From assembly GCA_050288525.1 (NCBI GenBank), contig JBNKDZ010000281.1:1-34532 (forward strand): a stretch of 34,532 nt of DNA, read 5' to 3'. Every line of letters starts with the position of its first letter. The stretch's first letter is position 1. Below the pieces are notes generated by a model. It worked only from the letters and a program-made list of their open reading frames with translations, had not been told where the DNA came from and made no database searches. The position numbers and the translations under genes were made by a program. Origin of the DNA: Cyclobacteriaceae bacterium (lineage in GTDB: Bacteria; Bacteroidota; Bacteroidia; Cytophagales; Cyclobacteriaceae). This document shows, in pieces, positions 1 through 7,697 of the stretch.

Positions 1-110
1 GCGACTATATCAAAAAACACCTTACGAACCTTAATGACTATATAAGTAAAACTATTGGTTTGTTCCTGATGATAATCGGGATTATTCAGATTATTAAGTA
101 TTTGTATTAG
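1..110 (+). CDS. 3' end of an upstream gene (partial), product unknown, C-terminal TM-like helix
   Basis: Frame 3 is open from the window edge to TAG at 108-110. It translates to ...DYIKKHLTNLNDYISKTIGLFLMIIGIIQIIKYLY*, which is too short to assign a family. Confidence 0.4.
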   Translation, partial: DYIKKHLTNLNDYISKTIGLFLMIIGIIQIIKYLY

Positions 111-240
111 GGCGTAGGGCAAAGGGCTTAGCGCAAAGCAAAGGATTATTTTTTATTTTCGAATCAGAAAAATTATGGTTTTCTGTAACAATTCATTCGG
201 ATTGTAGTTTTTGAGTATAATCTGTTATTTATTCAGTATA

Positions 241-272
241 CAAAAAGAAAGGGCTGAATTAACAGCCCTTTC
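241..272 (-). terminator. Rho-independent-type hairpin oriented for the minus strand
   Basis: Perfect 10-bp stem gaaagggctg (247-256) / cagccctttc (263-272) with the 6-nt loop aattaa. The run caaaaa at 241-246 gives a U-tract only when read on the minus strand. No U-tract follows on the plus strand. Confidence 0.45.
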
Positions 273-544
273 CTAACAAAAAATGAACACAGATGACTTA
301 AAAGTTGACTACTAAACTTTACTAACCTCGCACTATTAAGTAAAATTCATTTATATATTCTGGAAAAATACTAAAAAGTAACCTTAAAGTGCAATTTATT
401 TTAATAGAGGGTAAATTGCTATTTAGAGGCCATAAAACATCGATTTTTATTAAACCGGAACCTTTTATTAGGAAAAAAAATTATTTTTATGAAAAAATAT
501 TTGTTCTGAAAACTTAATTCGCAACCCATTTTTCGACTCTACAT

Positions 545-2248
545 ATGAATATCGACAAAAATTATAGATGCTTTTTCCTTTTCTTATTCTTGGTACCTTT
601 CATGTTTTCATGTGATGATCATCAACCAAAAATTACCGGATACTGGAAATTAAATTTTTCGGATTCATCAAGTTATTCGCATCAGATCCTGCATTTTCAT
701 AAGGAAAACGGATTTACAGGCATCACCATTGATGAACCACAGGAAGGGATGTTTAATACATCCGGTGAGAAATTGTTTTTTGCAGGTGACAGTTTACATT
801 TCGAATCCCTTTGGGGCATTTATAAATATGATGGCATATTCTTATCCGGCGATTCCATTCTGAAAGGAACCCGAACCACGAATAACGGAAATCCTGCTCC
901 TTTCATTATGAAACGAATAACAGCCAAAGAGCTTTTATATAAAATCCCCAGAATGAACGCCGAAGGGGAAAAAACAGTTCATTATTCCTGTCTGCAACCT
1001 CCGCAAAAAGATGACGGGCTGATGTGTTCGACATTAACAGAAGTTGGTATCGATTCGGGTTATATTGGCAACCTCATCAGGGATGTGTTGAATGGAAGAA
1101 TGAAGACCATCCACAGCCTGCTGATAGCAAAAGATAATAAACTGGTACTGGAAGAATACTTTCATAGGTATGACTGTGATCGGTTACATCCTCTGGAATC
1201 CGTAACGAAAAGTTTTACTTCCGCACTAATGGGTATAGCCATTGATAAAAATATGGTTAAAGACATTGATGAACCTGTCTGGAAATATTTCCCGGACCGT
1301 GATTCTACCCAATGGGTACAAAAGAAATATGATATCCGGATAAAGAACCTGCTGACGATGTCGGCCGGATTGGAATGGAAACCTTTTACGCCAAACGAAC
1401 CGAATGATGATATTGACATTTATTTTTCTTCAGATTACATCCAATACATATTAAATAAAAACCTTAAGGATAAACCCGGAAGCCATTTTTTCTACAACAA
1501 CAGGCTAATGTATCTTCAGGGGCACATTATCGAATCTACTTCCGGAATGACTGTTGAAGATTTTGCATCAAATTACCTGTTTAATGAACTTGGTATTGAC
1601 CATTTTAAATGGAAGGTCTACGAAAACGGCATTGCTGAAACAGGCGGAGGTTTACGTATGACGCCGAGAGATATGATGAAATTCGGACTCTTATATTTGA
1701 ATAACGGAAACTGGCTGGGCAAACAGATCATTTCATCCGAATGGGTTGAGTCCTCTGTCAAAAGTCAGATCATGGCAGGAGATCAACAATATGGCTATAA
1801 CTGGTGGATAAAAAGTTACCATGTGAATAACAAAAAAATAAATGTTTTTTATGCGCTCGGGCACGGCGAACAAACCATTATGGTAATCCCTGAAATGCAG
1901 GTAGTATTTGTTATGACTGCAGGTAATTTTTTCAATAGCCCACAACGTTTGGATGAAATTATGACAAGATATGTTCTGCCCGCCCTTACAAATACTCCGG
2001 ATATTTTCCCCGAAGATATTATCGGAAATTATAAAACGAACGGGGATGAGACCATCCGAATTGAATTGGTTAACGATACCCTTGTTGCAACAGATCCTTC
2101 CGGAGCCGTATTCCGACTACTCCCTGCCTCTCCGGACTACTATCATGTCGAAAATTCTGCTCTGGATGTGAAATTTTTATTTTCGGAAAATGATTCCATC
2201 GCCGAAATCTATGACAGCGGCAACCGAGTCGATCTTTTAAGAAAATAA
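545..2248 (+). CDS. Beta-lactamase-fold serine hydrolase (PBP/class C-related family), lipoprotein
   Basis: ATG at 545. Lipoprotein-type signal ending FMFSC (Cys23). S-x-x-K as SVTK (nt 1199-1210), Y-x-N as FYNN, and an ALGHGEQT H-G motif occur in the order expected for the PF00144-type fold. About 150 aa N-terminal and about 90 aa C-terminal lie outside the catalytic core. Confidence 0.85.
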   Translation: MNIDKNYRCFFLFLFLVPFMFSCDDHQPKITGYWKLNFSDSSSYSHQILHFHKENGFTGITIDEPQEGMFNTSGEKLFFAGDSLHFESLWGIYKYDGIFLSGDSILKGTRTTNNGNPAPFIMKRITAKELLYKIPRMNAEGEKTVHYSCLQPPQKDDGLMCSTLTEVGIDSGYIGNLIRDVLNGRMKTIHSLLIAKDNKLVLEEYFHRYDCDRLHPLESVTKSFTSALMGIAIDKNMVKDIDEPVWKYFPDRDSTQWVQKKYDIRIKNLLTMSAGLEWKPFTPNEPNDDIDIYFSSDYIQYILNKNLKDKPGSHFFYNNRLMYLQGHIIESTSGMTVEDFASNYLFNELGIDHFKWKVYENGIAETGGGLRMTPRDMMKFGLLYLNNGNWLGKQIISSEWVESSVKSQIMAGDQQYGYNWWIKSYHVNNKKINVFYALGHGEQTIMVIPEMQVVFVMTAGNFFNSPQRLDEIMTRYVLPALTNTPDIFPEDIIGNYKTNGDETIRIELVNDTLVATDPSGAVFRLLPASPDYYHVENSALDVKFLFSENDSIAEIYDSGNRVDLLRK

Positions 2249-2250
2249 AT

Positions 2251-5200
2251 TTATTTCCATTCCGTAAGTTTCTCAAGATAGGCAGCAGAGCCATCGCGGA
2301 GCCATGCATCAAGTTGAGATACCTCCTTCAGCTGTTGCCCACGCATGCGCGGAACGGCAACATATTTACAGTTGAGTTCCGGAAGTGAAGTCATGTCCCC
2401 CCAAAGTTTCTCAAACTGAGCTACCGGAAAGATATCTTCCTGCCCTTTGCCCCACCGCTTTTTAACATCTTTTAGCGTCACATACGTAGGCATTCTTCGG
2501 GCAAGTTTCACCACAGCCTCCCGTATCTTTTCTGCGTCATTCAGATCATCACGCTTAAGGTCGAACACCTGGAGCAACTGATCAATATCTACCCATGTGG
2601 TGCTGGTATTGTAGTAATTCAGGTCAAATTCGATACGTTCATCTGACAATGCCAGGCCTTCGATAAGTCGTAACCTGCCGTCAATACGTGCCAGCCCTCC
2701 TCCCCTGTCTTCGATATTCCGGGTGATAACCTCTGTCGTAAGGGCTGCTCCACTCTTAATGTGATATCCCAGATACGCAGGGTCGGCATTGGCTCCCAGT
2801 GTATCAATGTTGTGTACCATCAGGTATTTCAACCCCGGATTCTGCTCTAAAAGCTGTTTTAACACGCCATTAAGCATCATATTAGGCACTTCATACCAGT
2901 GTCCGACCGGATGCAGGCATTGTTTGGGAAGGTTGTCTCTGTAATCTTCTCCTTCGCCCATGGTCTGTGCCCAGTTTATTAAGGCGCTGCGCAAACTGTC
3001 CTGCAATTTCTGCTGTTGCTCGTCCAGGATCTGCTGGGGCATCTCTTCCCATTCAAACCGCAAATCCCTTACCATCGGTACCATACGCAAACCGATCACT
3101 TTTCCTTCAGAAAGCATAACCGGCCCCTGATATCCGAAATTATTTTTTGCTTCCAGGGTATTTTTTATAGCATCATGTGTCAGGTACGAGGTGGTAAATA
3201 CATGCTGAATGGATTTTCCACACATATTTGATATCTGACGGCTTTTTGCCAGATGTGTTTCAACAAAATTCCGGTGTTTCCCGGATAGTTTGGCATACGG
3301 GTTTAGCGATTTTACTACCCCCGCACCTTTTGTCCACCTGCTACCGGCACCTCCTGCCAGTGAGACGATTGCCAGTTCTCCTTTTTCCAGCGATTCCATA
3401 CCGATCCTGTGATATTCATCATCAAGTCCGTTGGTGGTATCGGCTACATCTCCTTCATACACATCTTCAATTTTCGTAGCCAGTGGCAGACGGTTTTGTG
3501 CCAGACCGATGCGCCCGTTTTTCAGGTCGGTTTTTATTTGCTGATGGAAGGTGTTGTCAAAGCCATATATCGCAAGTAATTTCTCCAGTGATTGTGTCTG
3601 TTCTTCTTCCTGGCTACCCTGCGGGATCATCCTGTCGAACAGGACCGAAACGAACCCTGCATAGTTCTTATCCGTTTTACAGGCAACGCCCAATTGCTCA
3701 AGTTCATGCCGCTGGCTTACCGGGATGTGTTGCATTTCTTTTTTCAGGATCGAAGGTACGCGTATGGAATAATACCCGGTAGGCATCAACGCATTTTTTC
3801 CTTTCTTAAACACGGCATACGTGCCATTTTCATTGATAGCAAAATCATATACTACCGGTTCCATAGCAAAAGGAACTGCTTTTTCAAGTTCTTTCTTTGC
3901 CTTGCTCATGATTTTTTGCAGGAACACCTGACCTTCTGCTTTTCGCGAAGGTTCGAAAATAAATCCCATACCTCCTCCTGACATGCCTCCCAGCATCCAG
4001 AAGCCCCAGAAATCTTTCCCGAAGGTTTCTTTAACTTCTTCGATAAGCATCTCAGTATATTGGTTGCTTGCCCATGGTATGATTGCCTGGATCGGTCCTT
4101 CGAAATTTCGTTGAGTAAATTGTCCGAGACCTTTAATATCCCCATCCTGAAGCATTTTTACCAGCTGGTTGAAGATATCGATCGATTCTTTGCGTGATTC
4201 CCACTCTTTTTCGGAACGCAGCAGGTATTTTTCTGTCACCATTTCGAGGATAGGACCTACATCCTGAGCCATACCACCATGTACGAGCACCAGGGAATCC
4301 TGCAGTTTTTTCCTTGTTCCGGGCGATACTGAATTTTCTGCCAAAATGGAATGCTGAGGCAGCAGTCTTCCTCTGCTAACACCATATTCCGGATCACCTG
4401 CTTCAGAGACGACACCCTGAATAAGTTTTATTCCGGGCCATACACCTCCTGAGTCCTGCCATCCGCCTCCCGAACCGCCAATCCATTCACCCAGAATGGC
4501 ACGTGCTGCCACGAGACGTCGTTCACTTTCATCCAGACATTCGGTAATATTCCGTGTCTGACCAGTTGCCCGCATACATACTGAAATGAGGGATGCGAGC
4601 AAATTGGTGGAAACAGCAAGGCGTGATCCTTTGGGTATATCGTTTACTTTTGAGACCAGTTCGATACCATATCCGGGCTTTATCAAGGTAGAAAACAGGT
4701 CGGAAAGCGGGAGGTCGGCCCCCTCCATACCCGGAGGGATGATACCTGAAGCTATCACAGCTGCTTTTAACAATCCGAGGTAGTCTTTGGCAAAATCAAA
4801 AACATCATTGAGGTTGGTAATATCAACAGTTGCTCCCAGGTCAACGCTGGTGAGTCGGAGTACCGGTTCATCGATGATCCTGAAATAGGTTTCAACGGGA
4901 GGTATCGGTTCTGCCGCATGATTACCTTTTCGCACTCCGAGGTCTACAGATACATTCAGCACATTGGCGCCTTCAGGATAGTCCATTCCCAAAAAGAAGA
5001 TATCACTCCATCCGCTATGGCTCAGGTCCATCCGTACAGGGGTTGTCTCATGCAGGATGGGATGTAATCCATACACTTCATCAATCTGAAGGAGCTCGGG
5101 CTTTACCTTTAGCGGGTGGTCTGAGGGATGACCTATACGGAACATCCATTGGTTTCCGAGGGTGGTACGAACACTTTTTTTTACCTGATTTGCAAGCGTT

Positions 5201-5577
5201 TGAAACGCCAGTTTTTTATATGCATCTGCCAGGGCAGAAGACAATCCCTGGTTTGGACCTTTTCCGTTCTGGATATCAAGAAGGATATTGATGGATTCAT
5301 CGAAACGTCTTTTCAGAAGATGCTCATACGCTTCATAGGGAATAACGGCATCCCTGCTTATTCCCTTTTTGAACTGGATATAAAAACGATGAATGGCAAA
5401 CAAGAAAAACAGTGCTCTGACTCTTTCATAGAGGTTGTCGTTTTCCCTACGCATCTGATCGAGTGCTTCACATTCGTCAAGCAATGAAGCGAGAGAAGCG
5501 TTTTCACAAAAAGAATGAAGGGACTTATCCCGCAGTGCAGGTTCTTCAGCTTTAATTATTCGTATTAATTCACTCAT
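2251..5577 (-). CDS. Fusion protein: unknown N-terminal domain + fucokinase-like GHMP kinase module + UDPGP-family sugar-1-phosphate uridylyltransferase module
   Basis: I trimmed the start to the ATG at 5577-5575 (MSELIRII...), which lies 1 nt after the upstream gene's stop (5581-5579). GHMP-like motifs: TPVRMDLSHSGWSD, IPKGSRLAVSTNLLASL, GGSGGGWQD (nt 4453-4479) and LGGMSGGGMGFIF. UDPGP-like motifs: LAGGAGSRW (nt 3334-3360) and VHNIDTLGA. Confidence 0.75.
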   Translation of the reverse strand: MSELIRIIKAEEPALRDKSLHSFCENASLASLLDECEALDQMRRENDNLYERVRALFFLFAIHRFYIQFKKGISRDAVIPYEAYEHLLKRRFDESINILLDIQNGKGPNQGLSSALADAYKKLAFQTLANQVKKSVRTTLGNQWMFRIGHPSDHPLKVKPELLQIDEVYGLHPILHETTPVRMDLSHSGWSDIFFLGMDYPEGANVLNVSVDLGVRKGNHAAEPIPPVETYFRIIDEPVLRLTSVDLGATVDITNLNDVFDFAKDYLGLLKAAVIASGIIPPGMEGADLPLSDLFSTLIKPGYGIELVSKVNDIPKGSRLAVSTNLLASLISVCMRATGQTRNITECLDESERRLVAARAILGEWIGGSGGGWQDSGGVWPGIKLIQGVVSEAGDPEYGVSRGRLLPQHSILAENSVSPGTRKKLQDSLVLVHGGMAQDVGPILEMVTEKYLLRSEKEWESRKESIDIFNQLVKMLQDGDIKGLGQFTQRNFEGPIQAIIPWASNQYTEMLIEEVKETFGKDFWGFWMLGGMSGGGMGFIFEPSRKAEGQVFLQKIMSKAKKELEKAVPFAMEPVVYDFAINENGTYAVFKKGKNALMPTGYYSIRVPSILKKEMQHIPVSQRHELEQLGVACKTDKNYAGFVSVLFDRMIPQGSQEEEQTQSLEKLLAIYGFDNTFHQQIKTDLKNGRIGLAQNRLPLATKIEDVYEGDVADTTNGLDDEYHRIGMESLEKGELAIVSLAGGAGSRWTKGAGVVKSLNPYAKLSGKHRNFVETHLAKSRQISNMCGKSIQHVFTTSYLTHDAIKNTLEAKNNFGYQGPVMLSEGKVIGLRMVPMVRDLRFEWEEMPQQILDEQQQKLQDSLRSALINWAQTMGEGEDYRDNLPKQCLHPVGHWYEVPNMMLNGVLKQLLEQNPGLKYLMVHNIDTLGANADPAYLGYHIKSGAALTTEVITRNIEDRGGGLARIDGRLRLIEGLALSDERIEFDLNYYNTSTTWVDIDQLLQVFDLKRDDLNDAEKIREAVVKLARRMPTYVTLKDVKKRWGKGQEDIFPVAQFEKLWGDMTSLPELNCKYVAVPRMRGQQLKEVSQLDAWLRDGSAAYLEKLTEWK

Positions 5578-5578
5578 C

Positions 5579-6439
5579 TTACTTTCCAATTGATCCCAGT
5601 TCACGTGATGTAAACAACTCCAGCAGTTCTGATAGCACAAGATCCCGTTCCTTGCCACTTAACGCCAGGGCTACCTGCGCTTTCAGGAGTCCGTATTTCG
5701 TGCCGACATCGTATCTCCAGTCATGTTTTTCAAGCCCCAGGTATTGTTCCTTTCCTGCAAGGGTGTTTAAAGCGCCTGAAAGGTTTATTTTTTCATTTTT
5801 GTTCATCTGGCTGATCTGATCCTTCAGGATCTTCATGATATTGCTGGTCAGCACATGCATTCCGAAAAAACACAGATAATGCCCGGCTCTCAGCCCGGGT
5901 ACCTGAAGTTTTTGTTCGGCTTCAGTAGGGGTTGGTTTCTCCAGGACTTTGTCTATGGTATAAAGATCAGTTGTTCCGGATTTTCGTTGCCCACCAATAA
6001 CACCATAATTGGGCATGATGCTTTCACGAACAGCATGGACTGCAGACACTGAACACGCTTCCTGTTCGGCAACAGATACCAGATGTGCCGCACAACCGGT
6101 TTCCGAACGGCTTACATACAGGTGATCACCCACAAGGTGAAGAAACGCGTCTTTTCCAACGAAATCCGCCGCACAATGGAGGGCATGCCCGTATCCCAGG
6201 GATTCTTCCTGAAAGGCAAAATGAATATATTCGGAATAATTACCGGCTACTTCCATATAGGTTTTATCATCACCAGGCTTTACAACCAGGCAAATATTCT
6301 CGATGCCGGCCCGGATAACTTCTTCAACCAATATTTCAAGTACGGATTTTTCTTTTCCGTCCCGGTCAATCAGAGTTTGAAGAGGTAATTTACGCTGACT
6401 TTGGCCGGCACATGTGATGACTGCTTTCTTTATCTTCAT
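5579..6439 (-). CDS. GalU-like sugar-1-phosphate nucleotidyltransferase with a substituted G-x-G-T-R loop
   Basis: The N-terminus KAVITCAGQSQRKLPLQT (nt 6383-6409 encode AGQSQRKLP) aligns to GalU KAVIPxAGLGTRxLPxTK. GYGHALHCAADFVG, YGVIGG, LEKPTP and the C-terminal YDVGTKYGLLKAQVALAL match GalU-type blocks. Confidence 0.75.
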   Translation of the reverse strand: MKIKKAVITCAGQSQRKLPLQTLIDRDGKEKSVLEILVEEVIRAGIENICLVVKPGDDKTYMEVAGNYSEYIHFAFQEESLGYGHALHCAADFVGKDAFLHLVGDHLYVSRSETGCAAHLVSVAEQEACSVSAVHAVRESIMPNYGVIGGQRKSGTTDLYTIDKVLEKPTPTEAEQKLQVPGLRAGHYLCFFGMHVLTSNIMKILKDQISQMNKNEKINLSGALNTLAGKEQYLGLEKHDWRYDVGTKYGLLKAQVALALSGKERDLVLSELLELFTSRELGSIGK

Positions 6440-6513
6440 TTTATAGTGTTGCTTTTCGTAAGGATGTTTGCGTTAACAAACGATTCACATATTTAGCATA
6501 AAAAGCTTATCCA

Positions 6514-6557
6514 GACAAGGATTTATTGATTTAGATAAGGGGACGGACAAGGATTTA
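6514..6557. repeat. Perfect 12-nt direct repeat gacaaggattta x2, 32 nt apart start to start
   Basis: Copies at 6514-6525 and 6546-6557 are identical. They lie 75-118 nt upstream of the 6439 start codon on the minus strand. The 10-mer core acaaggattt recurs at 16037-16046. Confidence 0.7.
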
Positions 6558-6598
6558 CATAGGCTTAGAGCACAGTGCACAGAGATTTCTGAATTATC

Positions 6599-7693
6599 CT
6601 AAACAGAAAGCTTTCTCGGTATAGCAAATATAAATTCAGTACCTGCATTGATTTGACTGACAGCCCATATTTTTCCATTATGATGATCGATAAATTCTTT
6701 ACACAGGATCAGTCCGAGACCGGTGCCTTTTTCTTTACTTTCTCCAATCGTATTTAAATTAACTCCAATCTTAAATAATTTTTCCACATCTTCTTTTTTC
6801 ATTCCGATCCCGTTATCACGAATATGAACTTGTGTATAAGGACCGTTTTGGGTGGTGCTCACTTCTATTTTACCATTTTTTGGGGTAAACTTAATGCCGT
6901 TGCTCACGATATTTCGTATAACTGTCCTCAGCATATTTTTATCTCCATAAGCAATAGTTCCGGAAGGAATATTATTTGTCAGAGAGATGTTTTTTTCCGC
7001 TGATATGGGTTTATTCAGATCGATGACTTCATCCGAAAGTGTTTTCAGGTCGAATACTTCAGGGTTAAATGTAATTCTGCCTGTTTGTGATCTTGCCCAT
7101 TCCATCAGATTATTTAATAATGTATTTCCTGCTTGGGCTGAATTACGGATCATTGTAGCGATTTTTATTATTTCGCTGTCATTTTTTACAAGACTGATCA
7201 GGACATCACTCAATCCGCTAAGTTGACTTATCGGGCTTTTAAGATCATGGGCAATGATTGAAAAAAATTTATCCTTTGTATTGACCAGCTCTTCCAATGA
7301 TTTCTTTTGTCTGAAAATAAGCAGATGTGTTTTTACGCGGGCCAGAAGTTCTGACTTGTTAAAAGGTTTGGTAATATAATCCACGCCACCGGTCTCGAAA
7401 CCTCTTTTTATGCTATCTTCATCTGTTTTAGCAGTAATAAAAATTACGGGGATTTCTCTTGTTACCGGATTTAGCTTTAATATTCTGCACACTTCAAAAC
7501 CATCCATTTCGGGCATCATGATATCAAGCAGGATCAGGTCAAAATGTTCATGACTTATATGATCAATAGCACTCAATCCATTTAGTGCAAAGTTTATTTC
7601 GTATCCTGCTTCTTTCAAAAAACTTGCAAGAATCTGTATGTTTTTTGTTACATCATCAACGATCAGAATTTTCTCAGGAGGTTTTTTTTCCAT
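6599..7693 (-). CDS. Response-regulator receiver fused to a histidine kinase (REC-HisKA-HATPase)
   Basis: ATG at 7693 (MEKKPPEKILIVDD) is preferred over the TTG at 7717. REC signatures are ILIVDD, LILLDIMMPEMDG and ITKPF. The H-box is FSIIAHDLKSPI. The ATPase N/G boxes are NGIKFT and DNGIGM...GTGLGL. Confidence 0.85.
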   Translation of the reverse strand: MEKKPPEKILIVDDVTKNIQILASFLKEAGYEINFALNGLSAIDHISHEHFDLILLDIMMPEMDGFEVCRILKLNPVTREIPVIFITAKTDEDSIKRGFETGGVDYITKPFNKSELLARVKTHLLIFRQKKSLEELVNTKDKFFSIIAHDLKSPISQLSGLSDVLISLVKNDSEIIKIATMIRNSAQAGNTLLNNLMEWARSQTGRITFNPEVFDLKTLSDEVIDLNKPISAEKNISLTNNIPSGTIAYGDKNMLRTVIRNIVSNGIKFTPKNGKIEVSTTQNGPYTQVHIRDNGIGMKKEDVEKLFKIGVNLNTIGESKEKGTGLGLILCKEFIDHHNGKIWAVSQINAGTEFIFAIPRKLSV

Positions 7694-7697
7694 ACGT

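Noticed and set aside
419-529. 36-codon minus-strand ORF upstream of the orphan terminator
   Set aside because: The translation (MGCELSFQNKYFFIKIIFFPNKRFRFNKNRCFMASK) comes from poly-A/T runs and looks like chance. It is not good enough to call a gene, though the transcript question stays open (see findings).
3016-5487. Series of 65-129 aa plus-strand ORFs (3016-3231, 3228-3479, 3483-3782, 3592-3981, 4586-4783, 5043-5291, 5128-5487)
   Set aside because: All are antisense to the long, motif-supported 2251-5577 CDS. They are fragmented across frames and have no recognisable features.
5578-5658. 27-codon N-terminal extension of the fusion ORF (MARNGILCYQNCWSCLHHVNWDQLESK)
   Set aside because: It would overlap the 3' end of the upstream GalU-like gene by 80 nt. 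The ATG at 5577 lies 1 nt after that gene's stop and begins a plausible N-terminus, so the extension is read-through of an open frame.
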